Of a DNA stretch of 64,000 bases, positions 1-12,842 are shown one piece after another (the first letter of the stretch is position 1; every line of letters starts with the position of its first letter). A model generated the notes under the pieces. The model saw only the letters and a program-made list of their open reading frames with translations, was not told the origin of the DNA and ran no database searches. Position numbers and translations under genes: made by a program. Source of the stretch: the human T2T-CHM13v2.0 reference genome, Homo sapiens; assembly GCF_009914755.1 (NCBI RefSeq), contig NC_060936.1; one strand, given 5' to 3'.

Positions 1-489
1 CTCAGTAGTTAAAATGTTTATATCTTTGTTTTAAGCAAAATAAATGATAAAAGACATAGCAGAAGGTTCTATAAAAATGAATTGGAAAACTAGTAAAATT
101 GTTGTCAGTGGGACTGAAGAAAAAGTAATCTTAAGTGGACCTTTGAACAGGTTTTTTGAAGCAGTCAGTAAGTGACACTTCTTTTGACAAAAATTGTGGA
201 AGTTAACTTGATAAGAGCACTCACTTGATTAAAGATGAACTAAGTTTGTCTTGATTTGGGCACTACAGAGTGGTAAGGATAGACATTTGATTAAAGGTAA
301 TGGTATGGTAATTAATATTGAATGCTTTGATGTTGTAAATGTAAAACAGGCAAAGAAAACTGAGGGGGAAAAAATCACAGCAGTAGGAACTAAAGTCTAT
401 TTTGTAACCATAACGTTGAAAACACAGCAGCACTCCTCATCATCTTCCTGAAACTTTCTTGAGTGTTGGCAAGATATGAATTTTAAGTT

Positions 490-1110
490 AAAATTTGGAG
501 TGACAGCAGTGAGAAGAAGAAAATGGATAGAGAAAGATCTCAAGGGAAATGTTAATTTGTGATCTGTATAGATCCCAGAGTTTGGGATCAACAGGGAGGA
601 TTAGAACTCTGACAGTGCCATGGGTGCGGATGAGCAGGGACAGGTAGTCACAGATGCCATGAGAATGAATGGGATTGACCAGAAAGGAACATGTCAAATA
701 GCAAGAGAGCTAGGCTTGTGTTCTGGGAAAAAGAGACATTAAGGAGAGGTCAGAGATAAAAAGGCCAATGGCATTGCCTCAGGAAGAATGCTCAGGTAAG
801 CAGAAAAGAACCAGGAGAGAGAACAGTCTCTCGGAATCAAGAGAGGGGAAAGTTTCCAGAACTAAGGTGTGAATCACAATGTCAAACTCAGAGATACCAA
901 GTCAGATGGTGCTGCAGAGGCCAGATTTGCAGATTAGGAAGTTACCAATGACCTTTACCATATTAGTACAAATGACATCATGAGTGGCATCGTGATCACA
1001 ATGGGGAGGGGAAGGAAAGAGAGAAACTGAGGGAATGATTTCAGAGTATGGATTACTTTCAAGGTACTAGGATATATAGAGAAGAAACTCATAGAGTATG
1101 AACTGAATTT
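490..1110 (-). mobile_element. Degraded LINE2 (L2) fragments
   Basis: Purine-rich L2-like blocks such as aatgtcaaactcagag...ccagatttgcagattaggaagttaccaatgacctt; boundaries approximate. Confidence 0.5.
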
Positions 1111-1294
1111 GTTTTGAGCTTTGTAAATATCATGGTTTGGTAAGTCTGCCTGGGAGAGAAGCTTCTTCCATGGCCTATCAAATTCTCTACTGAAATGCAA
1201 AAAGCTCAGCTATTACTACCACCAACTCCTGTATACGCTCTACAGTCATGAGAAAGGACCCCTCCCTTCTCTGTACTCCTAAAGTTTTAGTCTG

Positions 1295-1707
1295 TGATAT
1301 GATTTGGATTTGTGTTCCCATCCAAATCTCATGTTGAAATGTTTTCCCTAGGGCTGGAGGTAGGGCCTGGTGGGAGGTGATTGGATCATGGGGGCAGTTT
1401 CTCACAGTTTAACACCATTCACCCTTGGTGTTGTCATCATGATAGTGAGCTGTCCTGAGATCTGGTTGTTTAAAAGTATATGGCACCTCCTCACTCTCTC
1501 CCTTCCTTCTGCTCCAGCCATGTAAAGTGCTAGCTTTGCCTTCCACTATGATTGTAAGTTTCTTGAGGCCTCCCCAAAGCCGAGCAGATGCTAGCATCAT
1601 GCTTTCTGTCCAGCCTGCAGAACCGTGAACCAATTAAACCTCTTTTCTTTATAAATTACCCTGTCTTGGGTATTTCTTTATAAGCAGTGCAAGAATGGAC
1701 TAATACA
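1295..1707 (+). mobile_element. MST-family (MSTA/MSTB-like) ERVL-MaLR solo LTR
   Basis: Starts tgatatgatttggatttgtgttccc, ends gaatggactaataca, internal attaaa polyA-like signal; perfect 5-bp TSD GTCTG at 1290-1294 and 1708-1712. Confidence 0.92.
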
Positions 1708-1829
1708 GTCTGTGTCCCTCAAATACCTAGCAGAGCTATAGTTTTGCTTGCATCCTTTCTCTCCCACTGTCTCACGTAAAAGAATGCCCTTTCCTTTTGG
1801 AGACTACATTGCAGATACTTTGACTGAAA

Positions 1830-2227
1830 ACAACCACTTCTGCCACCAAAGAGAAGAGCACTTCATCTCCTTTGCCACAGGAAGGGCATAGAGCCCAAAG
1901 TGGGCCAGTTACAAAAAATTTCCTGGGCCTGTGAGGGAAAAAAAGTATACAGAGTTTTCTCTGGAGATACTAGCTAAGAGGTTGGTGTGGCCTAGAATGG
2001 CTTCCACAGGAAGAAAGCTGCCTGTGCATGAAGCTAGTAGAAAGGTGAGCAGAGTAGAGTGATGGGAAGATGAAGATGTACCCCTTTCTGACGGCATTAG
2101 CTGGGCCTGTAGTGTCACTCTCTACACTTCTGCACTTCCTAGTACATGAGCCAATAAAGCTCTTATTTTTTAAGTTATTTCAGATTGGGTCACTATCATT
2201 CACAATAAAAGATTCCTCACTAATACA
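1830..2227 (+). mobile_element. Old MLT1-type MaLR LTR
   Basis: 3' end acatgagccaataaa...cagattgggt...tcctcactaataca is typical of MLT1 LTRs; 5' boundary approximate. Confidence 0.65.
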
Positions 2228-2484
2228 GTTCACACCTCACTAATTACATGCTTCTAAATATTGCAGCAATCTGCACAAAGGAAATCTCTTTCTACTACTA
2301 GATTATACATTTCTTGAAGGCAGGAAAGACATGTCTAGCACAATGTCCTGCACATAGTTCAATATGTGTTCAATAAATATTTACAAAAGAAGCAAATGAG
2401 CAAAAGAAGTTATTTTGTCATAAAATCAAGACCTAAAATTAAACAACTTGACAAGTGAATGAGAAGATCACAATGAATAATACA

Positions 2485-3994
2485 CAAGCCATAATATAGC
2501 TCATTTTATTGCATTTCACTTTATTGCACTTCACAGATACTGTGGTTTGTTTTTTTGTTTTCTTTTTAACAAATTGAAGGTTTGTGACAACTCTGCGTCA
2601 AACAAATATATTGACACAATTTTCCCAACAACATATACTCATTTTGTTTCTGTGTCACAGTTTGGTAATTCTCAAACTATTTCAAACTTTTTCATTATTA
2701 TTATGTGTGATATGGGGGCCAAGATCAGGGATCTTTGATGTTATTTTTGCAAGTGTTTCAGGATGCAACAAACCAAGCCCGTATAAGAAGGCAAACTTAA
2801 TTGATAGATATTGTGTGTGCTCTGACTGCTCCACTGACCAGCCATTCCCCCATTTCTCTTCCTCTCCTTGGGCCTTTTTTATTCCCCAAAATGCAACAAT
2901 ATTGAAGTTAGGCCAGTTCATAACCCTACAATGGCTTCTAAGTGTTCAAGTGGAAGGAAGGGTCTCATGTCTCTCACTTTACATCAAGACCTAGCAACGA
3001 TTCCGCATAGTGAGGAAGGCATGTCAAAGCCAAGACAGGCTGAAAGCTAGGACTCTTGTGCCAAACAATTAGTCAAGTTGTAATGCAAAGGAAAAGTTAT
3101 TGAAGAGAATTAAAGGTGCTACTGCAGTGAATACATGAATGATAAGAAAGTGAAACAGACTTCTGACTGATAAGGAGAAAGTTTGAGTGGTCCGGATAAA
3201 AAAAATCAAACCAGCCACAACGTATTCCCTTAACCCAAAGCCTAATCTAGAGCAAGGCTCAAACTCTCTTCAATTCTTATGAAGGCTGAGAGAGATGAGG
3301 AAGCTGCAGAAGTAAAGTTTAAAACCAGCAGAGGGTGGTTCATGAGCTTGAAGGAAAGAAGCCATCTCCATAACATAAAAGTGCAAGGGGAAGCAGCGAG
3401 TGCTGATGGGGAAGCTGCAGCAAAATATCCAGAAGATCTAGCTGAGATGACTGATGACGGGGGCTACACTACAGAACACATTTTCATTGTAGATAAAACA
3501 GCCTTATATTTGAAGAAGATGCCATCTAGGACTTTCACAGCTAGAGAGGAGAAGTCAATGCCTGGCTTCAAAGCTTCAAAGAACAGGTTGACTCTCTTAT
3601 TTGTTAGGGGCTAATGCACCTGGTGACTCTAAGTGAAAGCCAACGCTTATTTACCATTCCAAACATTCCTAGGGCCCTTAAGAATTGGAGTAAATCTACT
3701 CTGCCGGAGCAGTAAAAGTGAAACAACAAAACCTGCAGGACAGCACATCTTTTTACAACGTGGCTTACTGAGTAGTTTAAGTGCACTGTTGAGACCTACT
3801 GCTCAGAAAAAAAGATTCCTTTCAAAATATTACTGCTCATTAACAATGCACTTGGTCACCCAAGGGCTCTGATGGAGATGCCAAAAGAGATGAATATTGT
3901 TTTCAAGCCTAACAACATGACACCTATTCTGCAACCTGCAGATCAAGCAGTAATTTTGGCTTTCAAGTCTCAATGTAAGAAATATATTTTGTAA
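2485..3994 (+). mobile_element. Tigger1 DNA transposon, 5' part
   Basis: ctcattttattgcatttcactttattgcacttcacagata matches the Tigger1 left end; internal transposase remnants. Confidence 0.92.
3279..3614 (+). pseudogene. Decayed Tigger1 (pogo/CENP-B-like) transposase fragment
   Basis: ORF translates to SRGWF...[26 protein letters not shown]...[29 protein letters not shown], Tigger1/TIGD1-like; flanked by stops and frameshifts. Confidence 0.9.
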
Positions 3995-5226
3995 TAAGCA
4001 ATGGGGAAATGATTTCCTATTTAATAAATGGTGTTGGGAAAACTGGCTAGCCATATGCAGAAAACTGAAACTGGACCCCTCCCTCACACCTTATATAAAA
4101 ATTAACTCAAGAAGGATTAAAGACTTAAATGTGAGACCTAGAACTATAAAAACCCTAGAAGAAAACCTAGGCAATACCATTCAGGACATAGGCATGGACA
4201 AAGACTTCATGACTAAAACACCAAAAGCAATGGCAACAAAAGCCAAAATTGACAAATAAGATCTAATTAAACTAAAAAGCTTCTGCACAGCAAAAGAAAC
4301 TATCATCAGAGTGAATATCCAGAATCTACAAAGGGCTAATATCCAGAATCTACAAAGAACTTAAACAAATTTACAAGAAAAAACAAACAACCCCATCAAA
4401 AAGTGGGTGAAGGATATGAACAGACACTTCTCAAAAGAAGACATTTATGCAGCCATCAAACATGAAAAAAAGCTCATCATCACTGGTCATTAGAGAAATG
4501 CAAATCAAAACCACAGTGAGATACCATCTTATGCCAGTTAGAATGGCGATCATTAAAGTCAGGAAACAACAGATGCTGGAGAGGACATGGAGAAATAGGA
4601 ATGCTTTTACACTGTTGGTAGGAATGTAAATTAGTTCAACCATTGTGGAAGACAGTGTGGTGATTCCTCAAGGATCTAGAACCAGAAATACCATTTGACC
4701 CAGCAATCCCATTACTGGGTATATACCCAAAGGATTACAAATCATTCTACTATAAAGACACATGCACACGTATGTTTACTGCAGCACTATTCACAATAGC
4801 AAAGACTTGGAACCAACCCAAATGCCCATCAATGACAGACTGGATAAAGAAAACGTGGCACATATATACCATGGAATACTATGCAGCCATAAGAAAGGAT
4901 GAGATCATGTCCTTTGCAGGGACATGGATGAAGCTGGAAACCATCATTCTCAGCAAACTAACACAAGAACAGAAAACCAAACCCCACATGTTCTCACTCA
5001 TAAGTGGGAGTTGAACAATGAGAGCACATTGACACAGGGAGGGAAACATCACATACCAGGGCCTGTCAGGGTTGGGGTGCCAAGGGAGGGATAGCGTTAG
5101 GAGAAATACCTATTGTAGATGATGGGTTGATGGGTGCAGCAAACCACCATGGCACATGTATACCTATGTAACGAAACTGCACATTCTGTACATGTACCCC
5201 AGGACTTAAAGTATAGTTAAAAAAAA
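3995..5226 (+). mobile_element. 5'-truncated primate L1 (L1PA), end of ORF2 plus 3'UTR, inserted in Tigger1
   Basis: ORF2 C-terminal peptides (MFTAALFTIAKTWNQPKCPSM...), G-rich 3'UTR, A tail; TSD atatattttgtaa at 3982-3994 and 5238-5250. Confidence 0.95.
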
Positions 5227-5250
5227 TATACATATATATATATTTTGTAA

Positions 5251-6176
5251 GGCTATAGCTGCCATAGATAGTAATTTCTCCAGTGGAACTAGGCCACCTA
5301 AATTGATAACCTTCTGGAAAAGATTCACCATTCTAGATGCCATTAAGAGCATTTGTGGTTCATGAGAGGGGGTAAAAAAGAAAAAATCAACATTAACAGG
5401 AGTTTGGAAGAAGTTGATTCCAATCTTCATGGATGACTTTGGCCATGGTTCAAGACTTCAGGAGAGGAAGGAACTGCAGATATAGTGGAAATAGCAAGAG
5501 AACTAGAATTAGAAGGGGAGCCTGAAGATGCAACTGAATTGCTGCAATCTCATAAAACTTTAATGGATGAGGAGTTGCTTCTTATAGATGAACAAACAAA
5601 GAGGTTTCTTAAAATGGAATCCACTCCTGGTGAAGATGCTGTGAACATTGTTGAAAAGGCATCAAAGGATTTAGAATAACTTAGTTGATAAAGCAGTGGT
5701 TTGAGAGAATTGACTCCAGTTTTAAAAGAAGTTCTACTGTGGGTAAAATGCTGTCAAACAGCCTTGTCTCCTACAGAGAAATCTTTCAAGAAAGGAAGAG
5801 TCAATTGACATGGCAAACTTTATTGTTGTCTTAGGTTAAGAAATTGTCACTGCCACCCCAACCTTCAGCAAAAACCACCCTGATCAATCCGCAGCCATCA
5901 ACACTGAGGCAAGACCCTCCTTCACCAGCAAAAGGATTACGACTCACTGAAGGTTCAGATGATCATTAGCATTTTCTAGCAATAAAGTATTTTTAATTAA
6001 GGTATGTACGTTCTTTATTTGGACATAATGCTATTGTACACTTAATAGACCACAGTATAGCATAAACAAAACATTTATATGTACTGGGGAAACATCTGTG
6101 TGACCTGATTGATTGTAATATTTGCTTTATTGCGGTGGTCTGGAACTGAACTTATGATGTCTCTGAGGTATGCCTG
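5251..6176 (+). mobile_element. Tigger1 DNA transposon, 3' part
   Basis: Resumes at ggctatagctgccatagatag; peptide [22 protein letters not shown]; right terminal repeat gaggtatgcctg followed by TA. Confidence 0.92.
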
Positions 6177-6399
6177 TATAGTTATGCAGCTTCCTGCCCT
6201 AGATTTCCTCCATTCATCTATCTAGAAGGACTATCCTGAGCATGCTCTTCCTTTCCCAGTCTTCCCAGCTCAATCTCATTTCACTTTGTTCACTCAAGTG
6301 GAAGTGAAATTTCCATATCATAAACTATGTGTATAGGCCTAAAACATCTATGCTATTGTCAATTTTTTGAAGACCAAAATTGCATTAAAAACAAAAATA

Positions 6400-6698
6400 G
6401 TCCGGGCGCAGTAGCTCACGACTGTAATCCCAGCACTTTGGGAGGCCAACGCGGGTGGAGGAAGAGGTCAGGAGATTGAGGCCATCCTGGCTAACACAGT
6501 GAAACCCCGTCTCTACTAAAAATGAAAAAAAATTGGTCGGGCATGGTGGCGGGCGCCTGTAGTCCCAGCTACTCAGGAGGCTGAGGCAGGAGAATGGTGT
6601 GAACCCAGGAGGCGGAGCTTGCAGCAAGCCAAGATTACACCACTGCACTCCAGCCTGGGCACCAGAGCAAGACTCCATCTCAATAAATAAATAAATAA
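6400..6698 (+). mobile_element. AluY-like SINE with (TAAA)n tail
   Basis: Dimeric Alu with ggctaacacagtgaaacccc and gagaatggtgtgaacccaggaggcggagcttgc. Confidence 0.93.
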
Positions 6699-7379
6699 GG
6701 AAAATCTCATTGCTAGACATATTCCTCGAAGTCAGGAAATACGCAAGTGCATGGTGCCTTGCATATACTACCTGCTCAATAAATGCTTATTAAATAAGCA
6801 AACATCTTGGTTGGTGGCAATTTAAAATTCTAGTCAATAAAAATCTGAGTCAAATTTTAACTGCCACGTAAGTGAAGAATGAGGAGAAGGGGGAGAAGTA
6901 AGATAGGAGAGGTCTTCCTTGGCTGGGACTTATGTCCTACCCTGACCCAGTGCTGGCTCTTATGGTTTAAATTTGGATGGGTGCCTCAGAGATTAGCCTC
7001 ACACCAGTTCTTGGACACTGGCAATGCCACAGACGCTGACTGAGGAACCCCCTCAACTTCTACCTTAGATAATCTACTCTAGTCTCTTTCTGCTGAGGTT
7101 ATCTTCCTCCTGACAGTAAATTCTTCAGTGTGTGGGGTGGGAGCGGTCATAATTGACTCCCTTCCACAGGATCCGCAGATGACCTCCAGGAGATCCCATC
7201 TCTTCCCTACTAGTTGTGAAAGTGTGGCTCATTCCATGCGTCCCTGTTTCATTGCCATGGTTTCTTGCCTTCTTACCTTTGCATGCTTAGGTCGGGTACC
7301 AGACTCTGCAACCCCTAGGAGCCAGGCTACCTGTACCATGCTCCCTGAGTGGTTGTGTGGCATCCCATTCACATGATCC

Positions 7380-7381
<2 letters not shown>

Positions 7382-7421
<40 letters not shown>
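7382..7421. repeat. (TG)20 microsatellite
   Basis: Perfect dinucleotide run. Confidence 0.98.
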
Positions 7422-7423
<2 letters not shown>

Positions 7424-8348
7424 GAACAGAAGAAACACCTCAGCACCCTTAATTCTCTCTACTGGAATTTCTGTGACCATACTCTTCATCAGTCTTACTA
7501 AAGTCTCCGTCCTCCTCCCCTCACCTACTCCCTCAAGGAGAGGTGAGGCAAAGGGAGACAAACAAGTAAGATTTTTCAATCTCCCAGACAATCCTAAACA
7601 GATGGTTTGACCCACATTATTCTTGGTCCTTCAAGCCCTGCTGCAGCTCTGATGCAACACAGTAAGCCGAATATAACATGGGATATAGGGAAATTATTGG
7701 ATATCCTGGTGTTTAAGAAACCAAGACTTTGCCATGACCTGGGTCACATCCCACAGTCAGGGTTCATGCATTCTCCTCTTACCAAATAATCACCTGAGAA
7801 TGCAAGTTGGGCAGGAATTCTTATTGTAGGACTTTCACATTCACTTTTATCCACTGGAACGGCTGCATTGAACACCCAGGATTTGTTTCCCAATCCAGAA
7901 CCCACGTCATAAGACTTTGATCAGAAGGAACAATAATTTCCTAATAGAACTCTGTATGCAGAGAAATAATCAGAAATGCAAAAAAATTCCCTCCTCCCAT
8001 CCTACTGCACAAAACAAATAACCCTCTGCATCATCCTACACTGCGTGTGCAATAATGGGCCCCGTCCTCTCTTGTATCATATTTAGTATTTATGCAATCT
8101 TTCTCCTCCTACGGTCCACCTAATCTTATGAAGGATAATTCTTTTTTCCTCTTCCTCCTCCCTACACAAACTTAATTCCTGACTCTCCTTAAGTATGTGC
8201 AAATTATTACACCAACTGTCCTTTAAAGCAAGCATCATACTGCAGCCTAAAACAGCAATTGGATGTGTTTTTACTATTGCATATTATCGGAGCTTGCTTT
8301 TAGCACCTTTTACAACCAAAGTGTTGATTTTTTTTCCCCTTTATAAAG

Positions 8349-8393
8349 TGGCAGTGGCAATCTGTGGCGGCATGCTACAGACACAAGTTCATG
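8349..8393 (+). other. Candidate 45-nt exon (unverified)
   Basis: T-rich pyrimidine tract ending ccctttataaag| as acceptor and ATG|gtaagt as donor. Confidence 0.3.
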
Positions 8394-9069
8394 GTAAGTT
8401 CAGAGGAAAAGAATGTTCAAAGAAAACCAAACTCAAAGCATTGTGGGTAGTGATATAAAAAGTTGACAAAACAATGATAAACAATGGGGGGAAAAAGAAA
8501 TAATTAAGTGTTCTGAAGCACTGTATCAGCATTTTATGCATTGTTAACTTTTTTTAGGAAACCATTTTATTGTATGCGGTTTCATGGAGAGATACTAACC
8601 CAGTCTGTTGGAACGGCACTCTGCATGTATAATGATTATAAAACTTTTTTTAATAAAAAAGAAAATGGGCAAATATGTCTGCCTGAGATAAGGCTTTCTG
8701 AACAAAATATAATACATGGAAATCCTTTCTTGAAGTGCTTTGTGGATTTAAGGAGGTAGGAAACTTAAAACAGTGGAGTAACAGTAAACACGTAAGTCTA
8801 AACAAGGTGTGAAAAATTGAACTATACGCCACAACAAGCAAAGCAATAAGTAAATGAGAAACAGTTAAGAGAGAACGGGTAAATACTTTATAGACACTTT
8901 CTTAAAAAAGGTATCTATGAGAAACAATGTGAACTTCTGAGATTTGTAAAAGAGGCAAATTTTTGTATATTGCTAGAACGCAATCCTAACTCATTTAGAG
9001 TATACAGCCTATATTTGATGTCCTGTTAGGTCAGTTTCCATGTAGATTATGTCCTCTTATCTTATTTGC

Positions 9070-9650
9070 ACTCATTTATTCAACAAACATTTGTTTAGTT
9101 TCAGGCATTATTTCAGGCTCTAGGGATTCGTTAGTGGACAGAACATGCAAAACTCCCTGTATCCAAGAACATTATATTCTAGTGAGCAGAAAAGACAATA
9201 AACACAATAAATGAATATATTGTATATTAGAAGGTGCTACAAACCAAAGAGAAAAATAAAGCAAAGAAGAGAGAGAGATTGTCATAGGGCCAGGGAGCAG
9301 AGAGCGGGTGCGGTTTGGGGTAGTGTCTGCTGCTTTAAAGTTTAAAAGTTTTAAGAGGAGACGTTAATGAGAAAGTCACATTGCACAAAACTAGGAGGTG
9401 GTAAGGGAGCAAGTCATTGATTTAACTGAGCAGCGTGATGAAGGAACAAACTTAAAGGTCCAGAGGTGGGAGCTGTCCCAGCATATTAGACAAACATCAA
9501 AGAAGTCAGTGTGGCTGGTGAAGAGCGAGCAAGAGATAGGGCAGTTCATAATGAGTTAAAGAAGTAACCAGAGAGCAGGATCACTCTGGGCATCATAATG
9601 ACATTAGCTTTTATTCTGAAGGTGGCAGGAGGCCACAGGGGAATTCTAGA
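9070..9650 (-). mobile_element. L2 3' fragment
   Basis: cactcatttattcaacaaacatttg...caggc...ctaggg is an antisense L2 3' end, followed by purine-rich L2 body. Confidence 0.75.
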
Positions 9651-9668
9651 TGATACCGCATATGCTAA

Positions 9669-10034
<366 letters not shown>

Positions 10035-10989
10035 AGTTTATGGATTATTTTTAAAACACTTTTTGGGCCTCAAAATCATGTACAATAATAGGACAGGCCC
10101 CAGAAGTAAAGATGGACATGAGATTACTGCAAATGCTTTCAATAAACACCTGAAGATGCCACATGAATTTAGCGATTTCCATCACACCCTGTTGAAAATC
10201 GCTGATTGAATTCATGATACCAGTCAATAAACATAAACGGTTCAGCATACCAAACCAATTTGATTCTGTCATATCTTGCAGAGACAATTTACTTCTTTAC
10301 ATAAACTAGGTTCCTACAAAGAAAAAAAAGGGGCATGCATTGTTGACACAGTCAAGTGTCTATTTGTTTTCTTCAGCACATAGAAGATGCTAGAACAAGA
10401 ATGAGTTGTCACAGTTTAGAGATGTTTGATAAAGAATCACTGAGACTGGTTAGCTGAAGGAAGGATAATATCTCCTGGCAGGCCAAGCTGCACAATAATC
10501 AGTATTGACTCAAATCAGATGTTATTGAGCATTATCAATGTAACAGGTTGAGACTTGAGTTTCCTCTGCAGGAAAAACTGTTTTGAAAGAACAAGGAAAA
10601 GCAGCTTTTTCAACACCCATTCTAATATAGTACTTCATATAATAGCTTCAAAAAGGCACTGCTTTCTTGTCAACTATGAATAAAGGACTTGGTCAGTAAA
10701 ACCTCAGATTATTCCTCCACTAAATGTTAACATGCCAAAGTTTAAGAAGCTTCCAGAAACCTGTGGTCTTTAAACTAGCGTTTACCTACCCAAGAGGTGA
10801 GATGTGGGGATGTGGAAGGGGTTGAGGTAGTTCTGGATTGGGGGTTGCTGATTTTTTAAGTTTCTCTAAACACACTTCGTGAAATGCCTAAAAGATGCTA
10901 GAAGAGGGGAGCATTCTATTTCAAAGGGAGGGACGGGGATCTGTGAAACTTAATTGTTTGTTTCTTAGCTAGGGTAGTTAAAGGTGCAT

Positions 10990-11051
10990 TTAAAGTTTGA
11001 ACAGAAGAAACTAGCATTTACTAAGTACTCAACACTGTGCCAGGCCACTGA

Positions 11052-11089
<38 letters not shown>

Positions 11090-11180
11090 ACCCATGCACG
11101 TGTGTGATTATCCCTACTCCATAGATGAAGAAACTGAAGAAGCAGATAATCAGAATAGATACAGGACCTTGGAAAAGAAC
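10990..11180 (-). mobile_element. MIR interrupted by a TG microsatellite
   Basis: agcatttactaagtactc...tgtgccaggc and MIR core atagatgaagaaactga. Confidence 0.55.
11053..11088. repeat. (TG)18 microsatellite
   Basis: Perfect dinucleotide run. Confidence 0.98.
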
Positions 11181-11334
11181 ATGAATGTAATGATTCAAGA
11201 ATGAATGCAAATAAATTCATCATTAACAGGAAGCTAGGAACAGGACAGGAAATCTATTTGAATTCCCCCATAGGAGATGCTGTTTAGAAATGGGGCATGA
11301 AATGTATTTGAATTCAACTGTAGGAGATGCTGTT

Positions 11335-11762
11335 GTGTGTTGTCCACACAACCAAAGATCCTTCCTTTAGTAAATGAAGCACTTAGTGCCCCAGCTGCCA
11401 GCAGTGCTCACAGCTTGGCCCCTCTCTGGGAACTGCCTTTGGTGAAAGGAAGCCGCCTCATCCAAAACTACACTCCATCCCAGAAGCAGCAAATGTCTAA
11501 CGTCTGCTAAATGGGGAGGTATATAGACAGCCCACTGTCTCAGTTCAAGACAGCTTGGAAGGGCCATCCTAACTCCAGAGCTCCCCAAAGGATTGGCTGA
11601 GGCCTCTGTTGCAACTGCATCTCAATTCAACCTCTCTATCTGCCCATCCTGCTTCCTGAGCCTTGCATAAGCTATTGTTCCCTAGGGCACAACACAATAA
11701 ACCTCACAGATACAAATATCAGAGACTCAAAGTGTGTTTCCCAAGGAAGCTGACCAAAGACA
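11335..11762 (+). mobile_element. LTR16-family (ERVL) solo LTR
   Basis: ctccagagctcccc...gattggctgaggcctctgttgcaactgcat...caataaacctc...tgtttcccaaggaagctgaccaaagaca. Confidence 0.8.
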
Positions 11763-12842
11763 ACACTACAGCAACAATAAATACTAGATGATTTTTTCTG
11801 TACCATCTGAAAGAACTGAGATAGTAACTGATTCCACCGGTACCTCCAGGACTGACATTAGTCTCTAATGCAATCCCCATTGTAACAGACAGACAGTCAC
11901 AAGTACTTACAAGTAAGTTAGTTAAAACAATAAGTCATTTCAAGTTAAACGAGAATTGTCAGTTAGTGATTTTATAGTGACTATAAAGTGCTATATAGCT
12001 CATGTAAGCTACATGATGGTCAAATTTGCATGGTATCAGACATGTCTAATGAATGCACACTCCTTAACACGTTAAAACATTATGCTTGTTTGAGAACCTC
12101 TCTAATTTTATTAAAATTATGTGACTGTGTATCAGTTGAAAGAGAGCAAAAAAAGGAGGTAAAAGGGAAAGGATAAATTTCATTGTGACAGACTATGAGT
12201 TTCATATAGATTCAAAGATAGAGTCTAAAGTGGATTATTAGACAGATGACTTTTGAATACTAAGACCAGGAAATAGAGATAATAAGGAGTCCAGAATAGG
12301 TTAAACAGGTAACGCAAGGAATACATAATTTTATTATATCTTAGCTTGGTTAGGATACTGACATAGCACTGATTTTGTTGTGATCAAGACAGAGCTATGG
12401 ACTGGATAATGGCATAAATAGGCAAGATCATGAAATGTGTAACAGTCATATTCATAGAGAGCTGCTATCTTAATTGATATTAGTTTGTAAGAAAAATTTT
12501 GGTGCCTGCAAGCTCTGCCTTCAACTCTCACAGTTTAGGATTCCACAGTGTCTGACCTGGTGATGTGCAATGGAATGAGACATACAGGGAGGGCTTGGAC
12601 ATTGGACATATTTACAGGATAGAAGCAAGTATTGATGGGAACAGGGTTAGCTTTATTCTCTCTCTATGGAGGAAATTTACTATGACAGACAGAACATATA
12701 ATCTGAAGGATAATTGTACTATACAATCCTGTAAAAGACAATAGCATGAAATAACCAAGGTATAACGACACAAGGGCCAACACATTATGGAAACCTCAGA
12801 GATAAGTGCTACTCAGAAGAAATCATGAGGCCTTTTGCAACC

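Noticed and set aside
7890-7909. ERSE/UPRE-like CCAAT...CCACGTCA
   Set aside because: The spacer is 7 nt rather than the 9 nt of ERSE, there is no promoter context, and a single 8-mer match is expected by chance in 64 kb.
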